From Salinivirgaceae bacterium (lineage in GTDB: Bacteria; Bacteroidota; Bacteroidia; Bacteroidales; SZUA-534): DNA of 64,000 nt. The notes beneath the pieces are model-generated. The model worked only from the letters and a program-made list of their open reading frames with translations. It was not told the origin of the DNA and did not search any database. Each line of letters begins with the position of its first letter. Within the stretch, counting starts at the first letter, position 1. The position numbers were made by a program, and so were the translations under genes. Location: contig JAKSOL010000002.1 in NCBI GenBank assembly GCA_024405635.1, positions 32,001-96,000 of the forward strand, given 5' to 3'. This document shows, one piece after another, positions 27,285 to 35,747 of the stretch.

Positions 27285-28964
27285 TTACGCGAAAATCAGA
27301 ATCAAAAGTTGAGCGCACAAAACGCGCATAAACATTGCCAACGGATAAACAGTTGCGTAACCAACAGCGGTAAGGTCGGTGTCGGTTTGTTGGTTGGCAA
27401 ATGCAAGTGCAGGAGGGTTGGTCGATGATCCCGACATAACACCAAGCAAAGTTAAAAAGTTAACTTTAAGCAACTTGTAGCCTACAATGCCAGCAATTAG
27501 CAAAGGAATAATGGTGATGGCAGCACCGTATCCAACCCACATGTAACCGCCATTAATAATGGTTGGTACAAAGGTTTCGCCAGCGCCCAAACCTACGCCA
27601 GCCATAAACAACGAAATGCCAATCTCGCGCAACATTAGGTTTGCACTTATTGTGGTGTAGGTTACCAATTTGTATTTAGGTCCGTAGCAGCCAATCAAAA
27701 TGGCAACAATAAGCGGACCTCCAGCCAAACCAAGTTTCACAGGTTGAGGAACGCCAGGCAAGTTGAACGAAATGCTGCCTAACAACACACCAAGAGCAAT
27801 GCCCACAAAAATTGGAATAAGATTTGGGTGGTCAAGACGTTTTGGCGAGTTGCCAAACAAACGCTCGGCTTGTGCAACGTCAATCTCAGAGCCCACAACG
27901 GTAACTCGGTCGCCCATTTGCAATTTTACGTTGCCCGATGCAACAAAGTCAATACCTGCGCGGTTGATGCGTGTAATGGTAACGTTGCAAGTGTTGCGAA
28001 TATGCAAACTCGACAGCTGGCGGCCATTTAACTCCGATTTGGTAATAATAAGTCGGCGCGAAATCATGTTGCCCGATGTAGCGTACCAATCCATTTGGGT
28101 TTCGTTGCCAAGCATAGTAACAAGTGCAGTAACATCTTTAGGCGATGCCACTATGTTTACAATGTCGCCAACATGCAAAATGGTTTCGGCATTCACCATC
28201 TCTTGGTCGTTAGAGCCTTTATGTTTGATGCGCGAAATGACGAATGGTTGTGTGGCAATTTTATGGAATTCGCCAACGCTGAAACCGTCAACAGCAACGT
28301 TGTTCACTTCAACCGAAACGTGGCGAGTTGCTGTATCTTTTTCGTTGTCGTCGCCCTTGCCTTTTTTCTCTTCTTGGGCAATGTTAATCTTCAAAAGTGG
28401 TTTTAAAAGCATCATAACCAAAATGGCACCAATAACGCCAAGAGGGTAGGCAACTGCGTAACCGCTTGCAATTTCGGGAGCGTTTGCGCCGTTGTTAATG
28501 TCGCTAAATGCTTGTTGTGCAGCTCCCAAACCAGGAGTGTTGGTTACAGCTCCCGACATAACGCCAACCATTGTGGTGATTGATGTTCCGGTTATTAAAT
28601 GAATGGCCACTGTGGTTGCAACGCCTAGTAGTACAATAAGCACAGCCAACCCGTTTAGTGTGGCACCGCCTTTTTTAAACGACGAAAAGAATCCGGGGCC
28701 AACTTGCAAACCAATTGAGAATACAAATAGAATTAAGCCCAACTCTTTTACAAAGTGAAGCAGTTCGGGGTGCATAGTAATACCAAAGTGGCTCGATGCA
28801 ATACCAACAAACAAAATGCCAGTTACACCTAACGATACGCCTTTTACGGTTATCTTGCCCAACATTATGCCCAACGCTATAACAAGCGCTAACACCATAA
28901 TTGAGTGAGCCACACCGCCGCCCCAATGGGCATTTCCAAACAGAAGAGTGTGAATTAAATCCAT
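27285..28964 (-). CDS. AspT/YidE/YbjL family antiporter with two TrkA-C domains
   Basis: GLILFVFSIGLQVGPGFF, GAVTNTPGLGAA, LGLAGGPL and TNPPAL motifs. Confidence 0.92.
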   Translation of the reverse strand: MDLIHTLLFGNAHWGGGVAHSIMVLALVIALGIMLGKITVKGVSLGVTGILFVGIASSHFGITMHPELLHFVKELGLILFVFSIGLQVGPGFFSSFKKGGATLNGLAVLIVLLGVATTVAIHLITGTSITTMVGVMSGAVTNTPGLGAAQQAFSDINNGANAPEIASGYAVAYPLGVIGAILVMMLLKPLLKINIAQEEKKGKGDDNEKDTATRHVSVEVNNVAVDGFSVGEFHKIATQPFVISRIKHKGSNDQEMVNAETILHVGDIVNIVASPKDVTALVTMLGNETQMDWYATSGNMISRRLIITKSELNGRQLSSLHIRNTCNVTITRINRAGIDFVASGNVKLQMGDRVTVVGSEIDVAQAERLFGNSPKRLDHPNLIPIFVGIALGVLLGSISFNLPGVPQPVKLGLAGGPLIVAILIGCYGPKYKLVTYTTISANLMLREIGISLFMAGVGLGAGETFVPTIINGGYMWVGYGAAITIIPLLIAGIVGYKLLKVNFLTLLGVMSGSSTNPPALAFANQQTDTDLTAVGYATVYPLAMFMRVLCAQLLILIFA

Positions 28965-29005
28965 ATTTATTAGTTAGTTTTAAATGATTCGTAATTTGCA
29001 GTTGG

Positions 29006-30154
29006 TCAATCTTTTAGTTCGCGTAGATTGACAATTTCAACGTCTTTGTAGTAAAAATGAATAATGTCTAAGTACGACAATTTGCGTCGAGCCATTTCCA
29101 TTGCTCCCTCTTGCGACAATCCAACTCCGTGCCCGTAGCCATAACCAGTGAATTTTAGCACATTACCCTCGGCTTTAATGCTGAACCATGCCGAGCGGAA
29201 TTTAAAATCCTCGCGAATTTTGCGGGTCATAATGCTGTCGTTTCCGTAGTAATAATATTTGCTACGTTTTGCACCATCGTAGTTCAAACGGCTAGGAAAA
29301 GTGCGAGCGTTGGTTGCGTTTATGCCGTTGGCAATCAGGTAATTAACCCAACGATTAACCGATACAGTGTCGTGCCAAACGCTTTGGCGTTGTTTAAGGC
29401 TGAAACTATCGACTACCGAGCGCAAATAGGGTAAAGCCGATAGCCATACATCTTCAGAGTTTGCTGTTTGACCTCCCGAGTTTGAGTGAAACACCGCGTT
29501 GATTGGACGTCGGGTTGAGTCAACAATAATCAAGTCGGTGGTTTGGTTAACTGCCTGACGGATAAGGCTATTGCGATAGCTGCGGTTGAGGTAAACTTGG
29601 TGATTTACGTTGTCAACAAGTAGGTATTTGTCTTTTCCCTCGCGGCCAATCATTTCGTAAAGGTAGGTTCGGCTAATAATGGCTTGGGTTTTGTAATACT
29701 CGTACGGAGCTTTTATTCCCGATTCGCTTTCAACTACGCCCGCTAAATAGTCGTTCACGCCAACGTAGTTTATCAGTTTTAGGCAACCATTGGCAACTGT
29801 AACTTTAAGACTGCCGTCGTAGGTTCTGGCTTTTTGGGCAGGTACTGCAGGTTCAGCTTTAAAGATGCTTTTTCGTCCCGAAGCTGAAAGATAAAGCTCC
29901 TCAAATATGCCAAGATGCTCGTCTTGATCCCACACGCTTATTTTTTTGCCAACAACGGTAAAGTAAATGATTGAGTTTTTCTTTAAACGTTGCAATACGC
30001 GAGTGTCGGCCGAAAGGCTGTATTTGCCCTCTTCGGTTGAAAAAACAAGAGTTTTGATTTTGCTTTGGCTGAATATGTTAACCCTAACTTGCTCGGCACG
30101 CGCAACTATTGCGGTAGCAACAAGAATCAGTAGCAAGGCAAGTTTCGGTTTCAT
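29006..30154 (-). CDS. SpoIID/LytB domain protein (lytic transglycosylase-like)
   Basis: YLAGVVESE, QAIISRTY, FHSNSGG and GYGHGVGLSQEGA motifs; signal peptide from ATG 30154. Confidence 0.92.
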   Translation of the reverse strand: MKPKLALLLILVATAIVARAEQVRVNIFSQSKIKTLVFSTEEGKYSLSADTRVLQRLKKNSIIYFTVVGKKISVWDQDEHLGIFEELYLSASGRKSIFKAEPAVPAQKARTYDGSLKVTVANGCLKLINYVGVNDYLAGVVESESGIKAPYEYYKTQAIISRTYLYEMIGREGKDKYLLVDNVNHQVYLNRSYRNSLIRQAVNQTTDLIIVDSTRRPINAVFHSNSGGQTANSEDVWLSALPYLRSVVDSFSLKQRQSVWHDTVSVNRWVNYLIANGINATNARTFPSRLNYDGAKRSKYYYYGNDSIMTRKIREDFKFRSAWFSIKAEGNVLKFTGYGYGHGVGLSQEGAMEMARRKLSYLDIIHFYYKDVEIVNLRELKD

Positions 30155-30163
30155 AATTGCGTG

Positions 30164-30171
30164 CAAAGGTA
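30164..30171 (-). promoter_or_regulatory. Internal -7 box for spoIID-like gene, just after the lpxB stop
   Basis: TACCTTTG on the minus strand, 9 nt before ATG 30154. Confidence 0.55.
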
Positions 30172-30172
30172 G

Positions 30173-31291
30173 TTATTTGTGTGTAAATTGTATTACTGCG
30201 CGTGCTGCTTGTTGCGATGCTCCGGGTTTACCCATAATTTGTTGAAGATGAGCGTAATCGGCTATCATTTTTTTGCGTTCGGGAGTGTCGTTTAGTATTT
30301 TTTGTAGGCCGTTGGCAATGTCTTTTTGCGTAAAGTTTACTTGCACTAGTTCGGGAACTGCTTCGTAGCCAATAATAAGGTTTACCAACGATATCCATTT
30401 TACGTGTATCAGTTTACGTCCTAATCGGTACAAAAAGTTTGGCAACAAGGTTGAGTAGCATACTAGTTGTGGAACGCCGAATAGTGCGGTTTCGAGTGTT
30501 GCAGTTCCGCTTGTAACTAGCGCAGCATGAGCGTTTTGCAGCAGTTGGTAGGTTTGCCCAAATACTATTTTGGTGCCAGTTGGAACATATTGGTTATAAA
30601 AGTTTGGTTCAATTCCTGGTGCTCCAGCTACCACAATTTGGTAATTGGTTAAATTTTTAGTTGCCTCAATCATTGGTGGCAACATCATTGAAATTTCTTG
30701 TTTGCGGCTGCCTGCCAAAAGTGCAACAATTGGCGCATCGCTAAGTGCGTTGTTGGCGCGAAAATCGGCTTTAGGTTCGTTTCTAAAATTGGCAATGGCA
30801 TCGTTCAGTGGATTGCCAACGTATTCAACTTCGTAGTCAAATTGTTTGTAAAATTCAGTTTCGAATGGCAAAATGGTGAGCATCTTGTCAATGTACTTTT
30901 TGATTTTGTAAACCCGATTTTGTTTCCATGCCCATATTTTGGGCGAGATGTAGAAAATGGTTTTCAGGCCTTTGCTTTTGGCAAATTTGGCAATGCGAAG
31001 ATTAAAACCTGCAAAGTCAATTAGTATAACGGCATCGGGTTTAAAGTTTATAATGTCGGAGCAGCAAAGTCGCATGTTGCGGCTAATAACGCGCAAGTTC
31101 ATCATTACTTTAATCCAACCCATAAAGGCCATTTGGCTATAGTGTTTTACCAACGTGCCGCCTTGCGCAGCCATTAGGTCGCCGCCAAAAAAACGGAATT
31201 CGGCTTCGGGGTCTTGAGCCTTTATTTCGTGCATTAGGTTCGACCCGTGCAAATCGCCGCTTGCCTCACCAGCTATTAGGTAGTATTTCAT
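30173..31291 (-). CDS. lpxB: Lipid-A-disaccharide synthase
   Basis: AGEASGDLHG, SPKIWAWK, LPFE, GSR..E and SGTATLE motifs. Confidence 0.96.
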   Translation of the reverse strand: MKYYLIAGEASGDLHGSNLMHEIKAQDPEAEFRFFGGDLMAAQGGTLVKHYSQMAFMGWIKVMMNLRVISRNMRLCCSDIINFKPDAVILIDFAGFNLRIAKFAKSKGLKTIFYISPKIWAWKQNRVYKIKKYIDKMLTILPFETEFYKQFDYEVEYVGNPLNDAIANFRNEPKADFRANNALSDAPIVALLAGSRKQEISMMLPPMIEATKNLTNYQIVVAGAPGIEPNFYNQYVPTGTKIVFGQTYQLLQNAHAALVTSGTATLETALFGVPQLVCYSTLLPNFLYRLGRKLIHVKWISLVNLIIGYEAVPELVQVNFTQKDIANGLQKILNDTPERKKMIADYAHLQQIMGKPGASQQAARAVIQFTHK

Positions 31292-31303
31292 GGTTTAAAT
31301 TGT

Positions 31304-31594
31304 TTATACACAATACAATAGCAGTACCACTACACCGTAGCATATAGTAATGCCAAGCAACCCTTTTGCCAAATCGTCGTAGTTTTTGTTTACAAGCAAA
31401 AAGAACAATGCAGCATTAGGCATTAAACTGAAACTCAATATTTTAAACATTAGTGCCGACATTAGTTTGTATGCCTTAAAACAATCGATAACCGAAATAT
31501 TTCGGCCTAGACTAGTGTAATAAAAGTAGCCGGCAGCGCAAATTATTGGCAGCACAATGCCTATAATCATTCCTATGAGCGTTTGCTTTTTCAT
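31304..31594 (-). CDS. Small 3-TM hypothetical membrane protein
   Basis: Three hydrophobic segments; ATGA overlap with the surE stop; 12 nt gap to lpxB. Confidence 0.75.
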   Translation of the reverse strand: MKKQTLIGMIIGIVLPIICAAGYFYYTSLGRNISVIDCFKAYKLMSALMFKILSFSLMPNAALFFLLVNKNYDDLAKGLLGITICYGVVVLLLYCV

Positions 31595-32364
31595 TTCAAA
31601 TTGTTTGACAGTTCGGCCATTTGGTCAAATGCAGTAATGTTTATTATGGTTGGCACAACCGATGCAAAACCATTTTGTAGAGCCCACTCATCGGTGTCGG
31701 TTTGTCCCTCGTCGTGGTTTACAAAGTTTCCGGTGAGCCAGTAGTATTTTTGTTGGTAGGGTGTAAGCCTCTCGTCAAACGCACCGTGCCAGTAACCGTT
31801 GGCTTGGCGGCAAACCTTAATTCCTTTAAAATCTTGCTCCTTTACGTCAGGAAAATTTACGTTAAGGCATATAGGTTTGCCCAAGTAGTTTTTAATAACA
31901 CAGTTTAAAATGGTTTGTGTGTGTTTGGTAACTACACTAAAATCGGCATCGGCATCAAAACTGCAAAGCGACACTCCAATTGAAGGAATGCCATTCATTG
32001 CGCCTTCAAGAGCGGCACCCATTGTTCCCGAGTAAAACACATTGGCAGTGGCATTTGAACCATGGTTTATGCCCGATAGCACAACATCGGGTTTGCGTGG
32101 GGTAATTTTGTCAATTCCAAACTTGATGCAGTCGGCCGGTGTGCCTGTAAGTTTGTGAATTACAAGTCCTGGCTGGCTGCTTAGTAATTCGGAGCGCAAT
32201 GGGTTGCTTAAACTTATGGCTTGCGACATTCCCGACATTCCAACTGCTGGAGCTACTACATAAACATCGCCAAACAATGTGGCCATCTTGGTAAGTTCGG
32301 CAATGCCTTTGGCCGAGTATCCGTCGTCGTTTGTGATAAGTATCAGAGGTTTGTTTTCTGACAT
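31591..32364 (-). CDS. surE: 5'/3'-nucleotidase SurE
   Basis: ILITNDDG, GTPADC and SGINHGSN..YSGT motifs. Confidence 0.96.
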   Translation of the reverse strand: MSENKPLILITNDDGYSAKGIAELTKMATLFGDVYVVAPAVGMSGMSQAISLSNPLRSELLSSQPGLVIHKLTGTPADCIKFGIDKITPRKPDVVLSGINHGSNATANVFYSGTMGAALEGAMNGIPSIGVSLCSFDADADFSVVTKHTQTILNCVIKNYLGKPICLNVNFPDVKEQDFKGIKVCRQANGYWHGAFDERLTPYQQKYYWLTGNFVNHDEGQTDTDEWALQNGFASVVPTIINITAFDQMAELSNNLK

Positions 32365-32421
32365 GTTGTTGTGCTTTTTTTGAATTTGCGCGAAGATAAC
32401 TAATAAGTTGCTTTCAGATTA

Positions 32422-32540
32422 TAAGTTTTAACTTGTTGAATCGTTGATATGTTGACGCGCTGTGGCTTCGGTAGGCTCAGCTTCCAGAAGGTTGAACCGT
32501 TGATTTGCTAACGTAAAACTTAACAACTTAGAACTTACTA
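32422..32540. repeat. Composite intergenic repeat: inverted 9-mers, 23-bp direct repeats, REP-like core
   Basis: TAAGTTTTA (32422) and TAAAACTTA (32514); direct repeats at 32435-32457 and 32491-32513 (19/23 identical); GCTTCGGTAGGCTCAGC at 32465-32481. Confidence 0.5.
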
Positions 32541-32629
32541 AACATTACTTTAGCTTGTTCAAAAGTATGTGGCGGCCGAATAAAAACAAGCAAAGTTATT
32601 CCTACATTAGCGCAGTTTAATTTATCAAA

Positions 32630-33424
32630 ATGAGACTATCATTAAAATCACTTATTCTGAGTGCGCTAACAATTGCAATGGTGAGTTGCGAACGCGAACC
32701 AATGGCAGTTGAGGCAAACGTAACACCGTTGTCTGACTATCAAAGCAACGATGGTATGGTGGCACTTAATATCACTGGAGGTAAGGCCCCTTACACCGTT
32801 GCGTGGAGCAACGATTCGGTTGGGCCTGAAGTTAGCCAGTTGTCGGTGGGCGAGTATATTGCAACCATTACCGATGCTCTTGGAAACACAATAACCGATA
32901 CCGTTTTTATTACTGGTCCACAATGCCCAGTTTGCATCGACCGTGATGCTCGTAGTTATCAAACTGCCATTTTTGGAGAGCAAACTTGGATGGTTGAAGA
33001 TTTGCAAATATCAACTGACAAAGATGGTTTTGCTGTTCAAAGTTTCACTGCTGCCGATTCGCTTGGTGGTGGCACCGTTTATTCGTGGATTGCGGCAATG
33101 GATAGCAGCACCGAGTCGATGGCTCAAGGCATTTGTCCCGATGGTTGGCACATTCCATCGGTTGATGAGTGGAAAATTTTGCTTGATACTGTTGCGCCAA
33201 AAGGTACTCCGCTTTCAACCGTTATAACAACGTTGAGCGTTGGTTTTGTTGGCTTTTACAATGGCGATTTCCAAAATGCTGGTAATTCGGTTTCGTTTTG
33301 GACTTCGACCAAGTCGCACAACAATGCAATGAAAATTTACATTAACAAGAATCTTGAAAAACCGATTATCTATCACGAAAATGTTAACACAGCCATTTCG
33401 GTTCGATGTGTAAAGGATAAATAA
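32630..33424 (+). CDS. Lipoprotein with SprB-like repeat and FISUMP (Fibrobacter succinogenes major paralogous) domain
   Basis: Lipobox MVSC; TGGKAPYT..WSN..LSVGEY..TITDA; QTWMVEDL, QGICPDGWHIPS..EW, FWTST and SVRCVKD. Confidence 0.85.
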   Translation: MRLSLKSLILSALTIAMVSCEREPMAVEANVTPLSDYQSNDGMVALNITGGKAPYTVAWSNDSVGPEVSQLSVGEYIATITDALGNTITDTVFITGPQCPVCIDRDARSYQTAIFGEQTWMVEDLQISTDKDGFAVQSFTAADSLGGGTVYSWIAAMDSSTESMAQGICPDGWHIPSVDEWKILLDTVAPKGTPLSTVITTLSVGFVGFYNGDFQNAGNSVSFWTSTKSHNNAMKIYINKNLEKPIIYHENVNTAISVRCVKDK

Positions 33425-33439
33425 AATCGGCTACTTATT

Positions 33440-33486
33440 AAAAACACAATCCCCGGCACTGCATAGCGTCGGGGATTGTTGTTTTT
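33440..33486. terminator. Bidirectional terminator between the FISUMP gene and tsaE
   Basis: ACAATCCCCG/CGGGGATTGT stem with A-rich and T-rich flanks. Confidence 0.75.
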
Positions 33487-33501
33487 GTGGGTCGATGGTT
33501 A

Positions 33502-33921
33502 TTAAATGTTTATTGTAACTACTCGTTCGGTTTCGTTAATTGGGTTTATTTCAACGGTTACAAAATCATCGTCAATTAAGTCGTCAACTTTTTCGGGCCA
33601 CTCAATAAAGCAGTAGTTGTCGCTATAAAAATACTCTTCGTAACCAAGGTTAAATGCCTCGTCGATGCTTTTAATGCGGTAAAAATCAAAGTGGTAAACC
33701 GACTCTTGATTTTCGGTTCGGTACTCGTTAATTATAGCAAATGTGGGGCTCGACACAATGTCAACCACCTTTAGTTGTTCACAAATGGCTTTTATGAAAG
33801 TTGTTTTGCCGGCACCCATTGGACCCAAAAAAGCAAAGTGCTTGCGGCCTGCTGTGAGTTGCAAAAAACGAGCGGCGCACTCGTCAATATTGGCAACACC
33901 ATTTATGGTTATTGTTTCCAT
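33502..33921 (-). CDS. tsaE: tRNA threonylcarbamoyladenosine biosynthesis ATPase
   Basis: GPMGAGKTT, VSSPTF, HFDFYR and IEWPE motifs. Confidence 0.96.
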   Translation of the reverse strand: METITINGVANIDECAARFLQLTAGRKHFAFLGPMGAGKTTFIKAICEQLKVVDIVSSPTFAIINEYRTENQESVYHFDFYRIKSIDEAFNLGYEEYFYSDNYCFIEWPEKVDDLIDDDFVTVEINPINETERVVTINI

Positions 33922-34499
33922 CAGAATTCAATTTTTTCGTTCATAACCAATTTTTCAATCACGCGAGGGAACCATTCGTACTCAAGTGCGTGAACTTTGG
34001 TCGCAACGTCGTGTGCATTGTCGGTTGGCAAAACTTGGCAAGTGGCTTGAAAAACAGTTTTGCCCTCGTCGTAGTGTTGGTCAATGGTGTGAATGGTTAT
34101 TCCGCTCTCTTTGTCGTGGTTGGCAACCACAGCCTCGTGAACTTTGTCGCCATACATGCCTTTGCCTCCGTATTTTGGCAACAACGAAGGGTGAATGTTT
34201 ACAATGCGACCATCGTATTGGTTTAGAATAATGTCAGGAACAAGCCACAAGAAGCCAGCAAGAATAATCCAGTTGATGCCTAGTTGTTCAAATTGGCGTA
34301 GGGTGGTGCCGTTGGTAAATTCCTCGCGGTTAAAGTATCCTGTTGCAATGTTAAGGTTGCGTGCGCGTGTTAGTCCGTAAGCATCTTTTTTGTTCGACAT
34401 TACAATTGATACTTCAATGTTTTTGTTGTTAGCAAAGTACTTGATAATGTTTTCGGCGTTGGTTCCGTTGCCCGAAACCAAAATGGCAATTTTTATCAT
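33921..34499 (-). CDS. purN: Phosphoribosylglycinamide formyltransferase
   Basis: SGNGTN, LAGF, NIHPSLLPKYGG and GITIH..YDEG motifs. Confidence 0.95.
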   Translation of the reverse strand: MIKIAILVSGNGTNAENIIKYFANNKNIEVSIVMSNKKDAYGLTRARNLNIATGYFNREEFTNGTTLRQFEQLGINWIILAGFLWLVPDIILNQYDGRIVNIHPSLLPKYGGKGMYGDKVHEAVVANHDKESGITIHTIDQHYDEGKTVFQATCQVLPTDNAHDVATKVHALEYEWFPRVIEKLVMNEKIEF

Positions 34500-34969
34500 A
34501 AATCTAAAGTGTTGTCTTGTTCGTTGTAGCCCTGGTCAATTTTAAGGTTTTGGCCCGATGCGGCAGTGGTTGCAAGTTGGTCGCAACGTTCGTTTTCGGG
34601 ATTGCCAGCATGGCCTTTAACCCAGCGAAAAGTTACGTGGTGTTGGCGGTATATTTTCAAGAAACGCATCCACAAGTCGGGGTTCTTTTTCTTTTTAAAT
34701 CCAACTTTTTCCCATCCAAAAACCCATTTTTTCTCAACGGCATCAACCACATATTTTGAGTCGGAAAAGATGGTTACGTTGCAGTTTGGGTTTTTAAGTG
34801 CCTCAAGCCCAACAATAACGGCAAGCAATTCCATGCGGTTGTTTGTTGTTGTTGCAAATCCTTCCGACAGCTCTTTGCGGTATTGTCCGCACAAAAGAAC
34901 AACTCCGTATCCGCCTGGACCAGGGTTGCCCATCGACGAACCATCGGTGTATATTGTAATGTCTGCCAT
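34496..34969 (-). CDS. rnhA: Ribonuclease HI
   Basis: IYTDGSS.GNPGPGG, TTNNRMEL, SDSKY and WVKGHAG..NERCD motifs; start at MADITIY. Confidence 0.96.
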   Translation of the reverse strand: MADITIYTDGSSMGNPGPGGYGVVLLCGQYRKELSEGFATTTNNRMELLAVIVGLEALKNPNCNVTIFSDSKYVVDAVEKKWVFGWEKVGFKKKKNPDLWMRFLKIYRQHHVTFRWVKGHAGNPENERCDQLATTAASGQNLKIDQGYNEQDNTLDL

Positions 34970-35036
34970 TGATTGAAAAGAATTTGTGCGCGAAGATAAT
35001 GCGCTAACTTTATTTGCCCAAAAGCAAAGTGTAAGC

Positions 35037-35069
35037 AAAAAAAAGAGCCGCCTTCAGCAGACGACCCTT
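35037..35069 (-). terminator. Intrinsic terminator after pyrE
   Basis: Minus strand AAGGGTCGTC-TGCTGAA-GGCGGCTC-T8, with G-U pairs. Confidence 0.65.
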
Positions 35070-35096
35070 AAATTGATTGTTGTTTTCCTCTGTATC

Positions 35097-35747
35097 TTAT
35101 GCAAATTGCTCGCCCCATTTAGCAGGGTCGAGTCGCCATTGTTTCAAAGTTTCAAGTTTTTCGGCATCAATGTAACCGCTGTTGCAAGCGTTTTGCAACA
35201 AAGCGTCGTAGTTGCTCAAGGTGTCGAGGTTGCAGTTCTTTTCGGCAAAAGCATCAACGGCTTTTTGGAATCCGTAGGTGAATATTGCCAACAAACCAAG
35301 TACGTTTGCTCCTTTTTCGCGCAAAGCATCAACAGCAACAAGGCTGCTACCTCCAGTCGATACCAAATCTTCAATCACAACTACTTTTTGGCCAGCCTCC
35401 AAAATACCTTCAACTTGGTTTCCCAAACCGTGTTTTTTAGCATCGGAACGAACATAGATGAAAGGAAGACCCATGGCCTCGGCTACTAACATTCCGTGAG
35501 CGATGGCGCCTGTTGCCACACCTGCAATTACCTCAACTTCGGGGTATTTTTGGCGAATAAGGGTAACAAACGAATCGCGGATGTAGTCGCGAACTTGTGG
35601 GTAAGAAAGTGTTGCGCGGTTATCGCAATAAATGGGCGACTTTAGTCCCGATGCCCAAGTGAATGGGTTTGATGGTGACAGTTTAATTGCTTTAATTTGC
35701 AGCAAATTAGTCGCTACTTTTTGTTGAATTTCATTGTGTGTTTCCAT
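35097..35747 (-). CDS. pyrE: Orotate phosphoribosyltransferase
   Basis: FTWASGLKSPIYCDNR, K.HG and VVIEDLVSTGGS (PRPP loop) motifs. Confidence 0.96.
   Translation of the reverse strand: METHNEIQQKVATNLLQIKAIKLSPSNPFTWASGLKSPIYCDNRATLSYPQVRDYIRDSFVTLIRQKYPEVEVIAGVATGAIAHGMLVAEAMGLPFIYVRSDAKKHGLGNQVEGILEAGQKVVVIEDLVSTGGSSLVAVDALREKGANVLGLLAIFTYGFQKAVDAFAEKNCNLDTLSNYDALLQNACNSGYIDAEKLETLKQWRLDPAKWGEQFA

Noticed and set aside
27763-28449. 228-aa antisense ORF inside the transporter, and other long shadow ORFs (13907-14407, 23096-23623, 34986-35489, 53524-54000)
   Set aside because: They overlap well-supported genes on the opposite strand and have no recognisable motifs.
6722-32440. Shared 14-mer TTTAACTTGTTGAA in two intergenic regions (6722 and 32427)
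   Set aside because: One AT-rich 14-mer match is about what chance would give, and the flanking genes are unrelated.
32435-32513. 23-bp repeat, 33-bp spacer, 23-bp repeat as a mini CRISPR array
   Set aside because: Only two degenerate copies made of internal octamers, and no cas genes.
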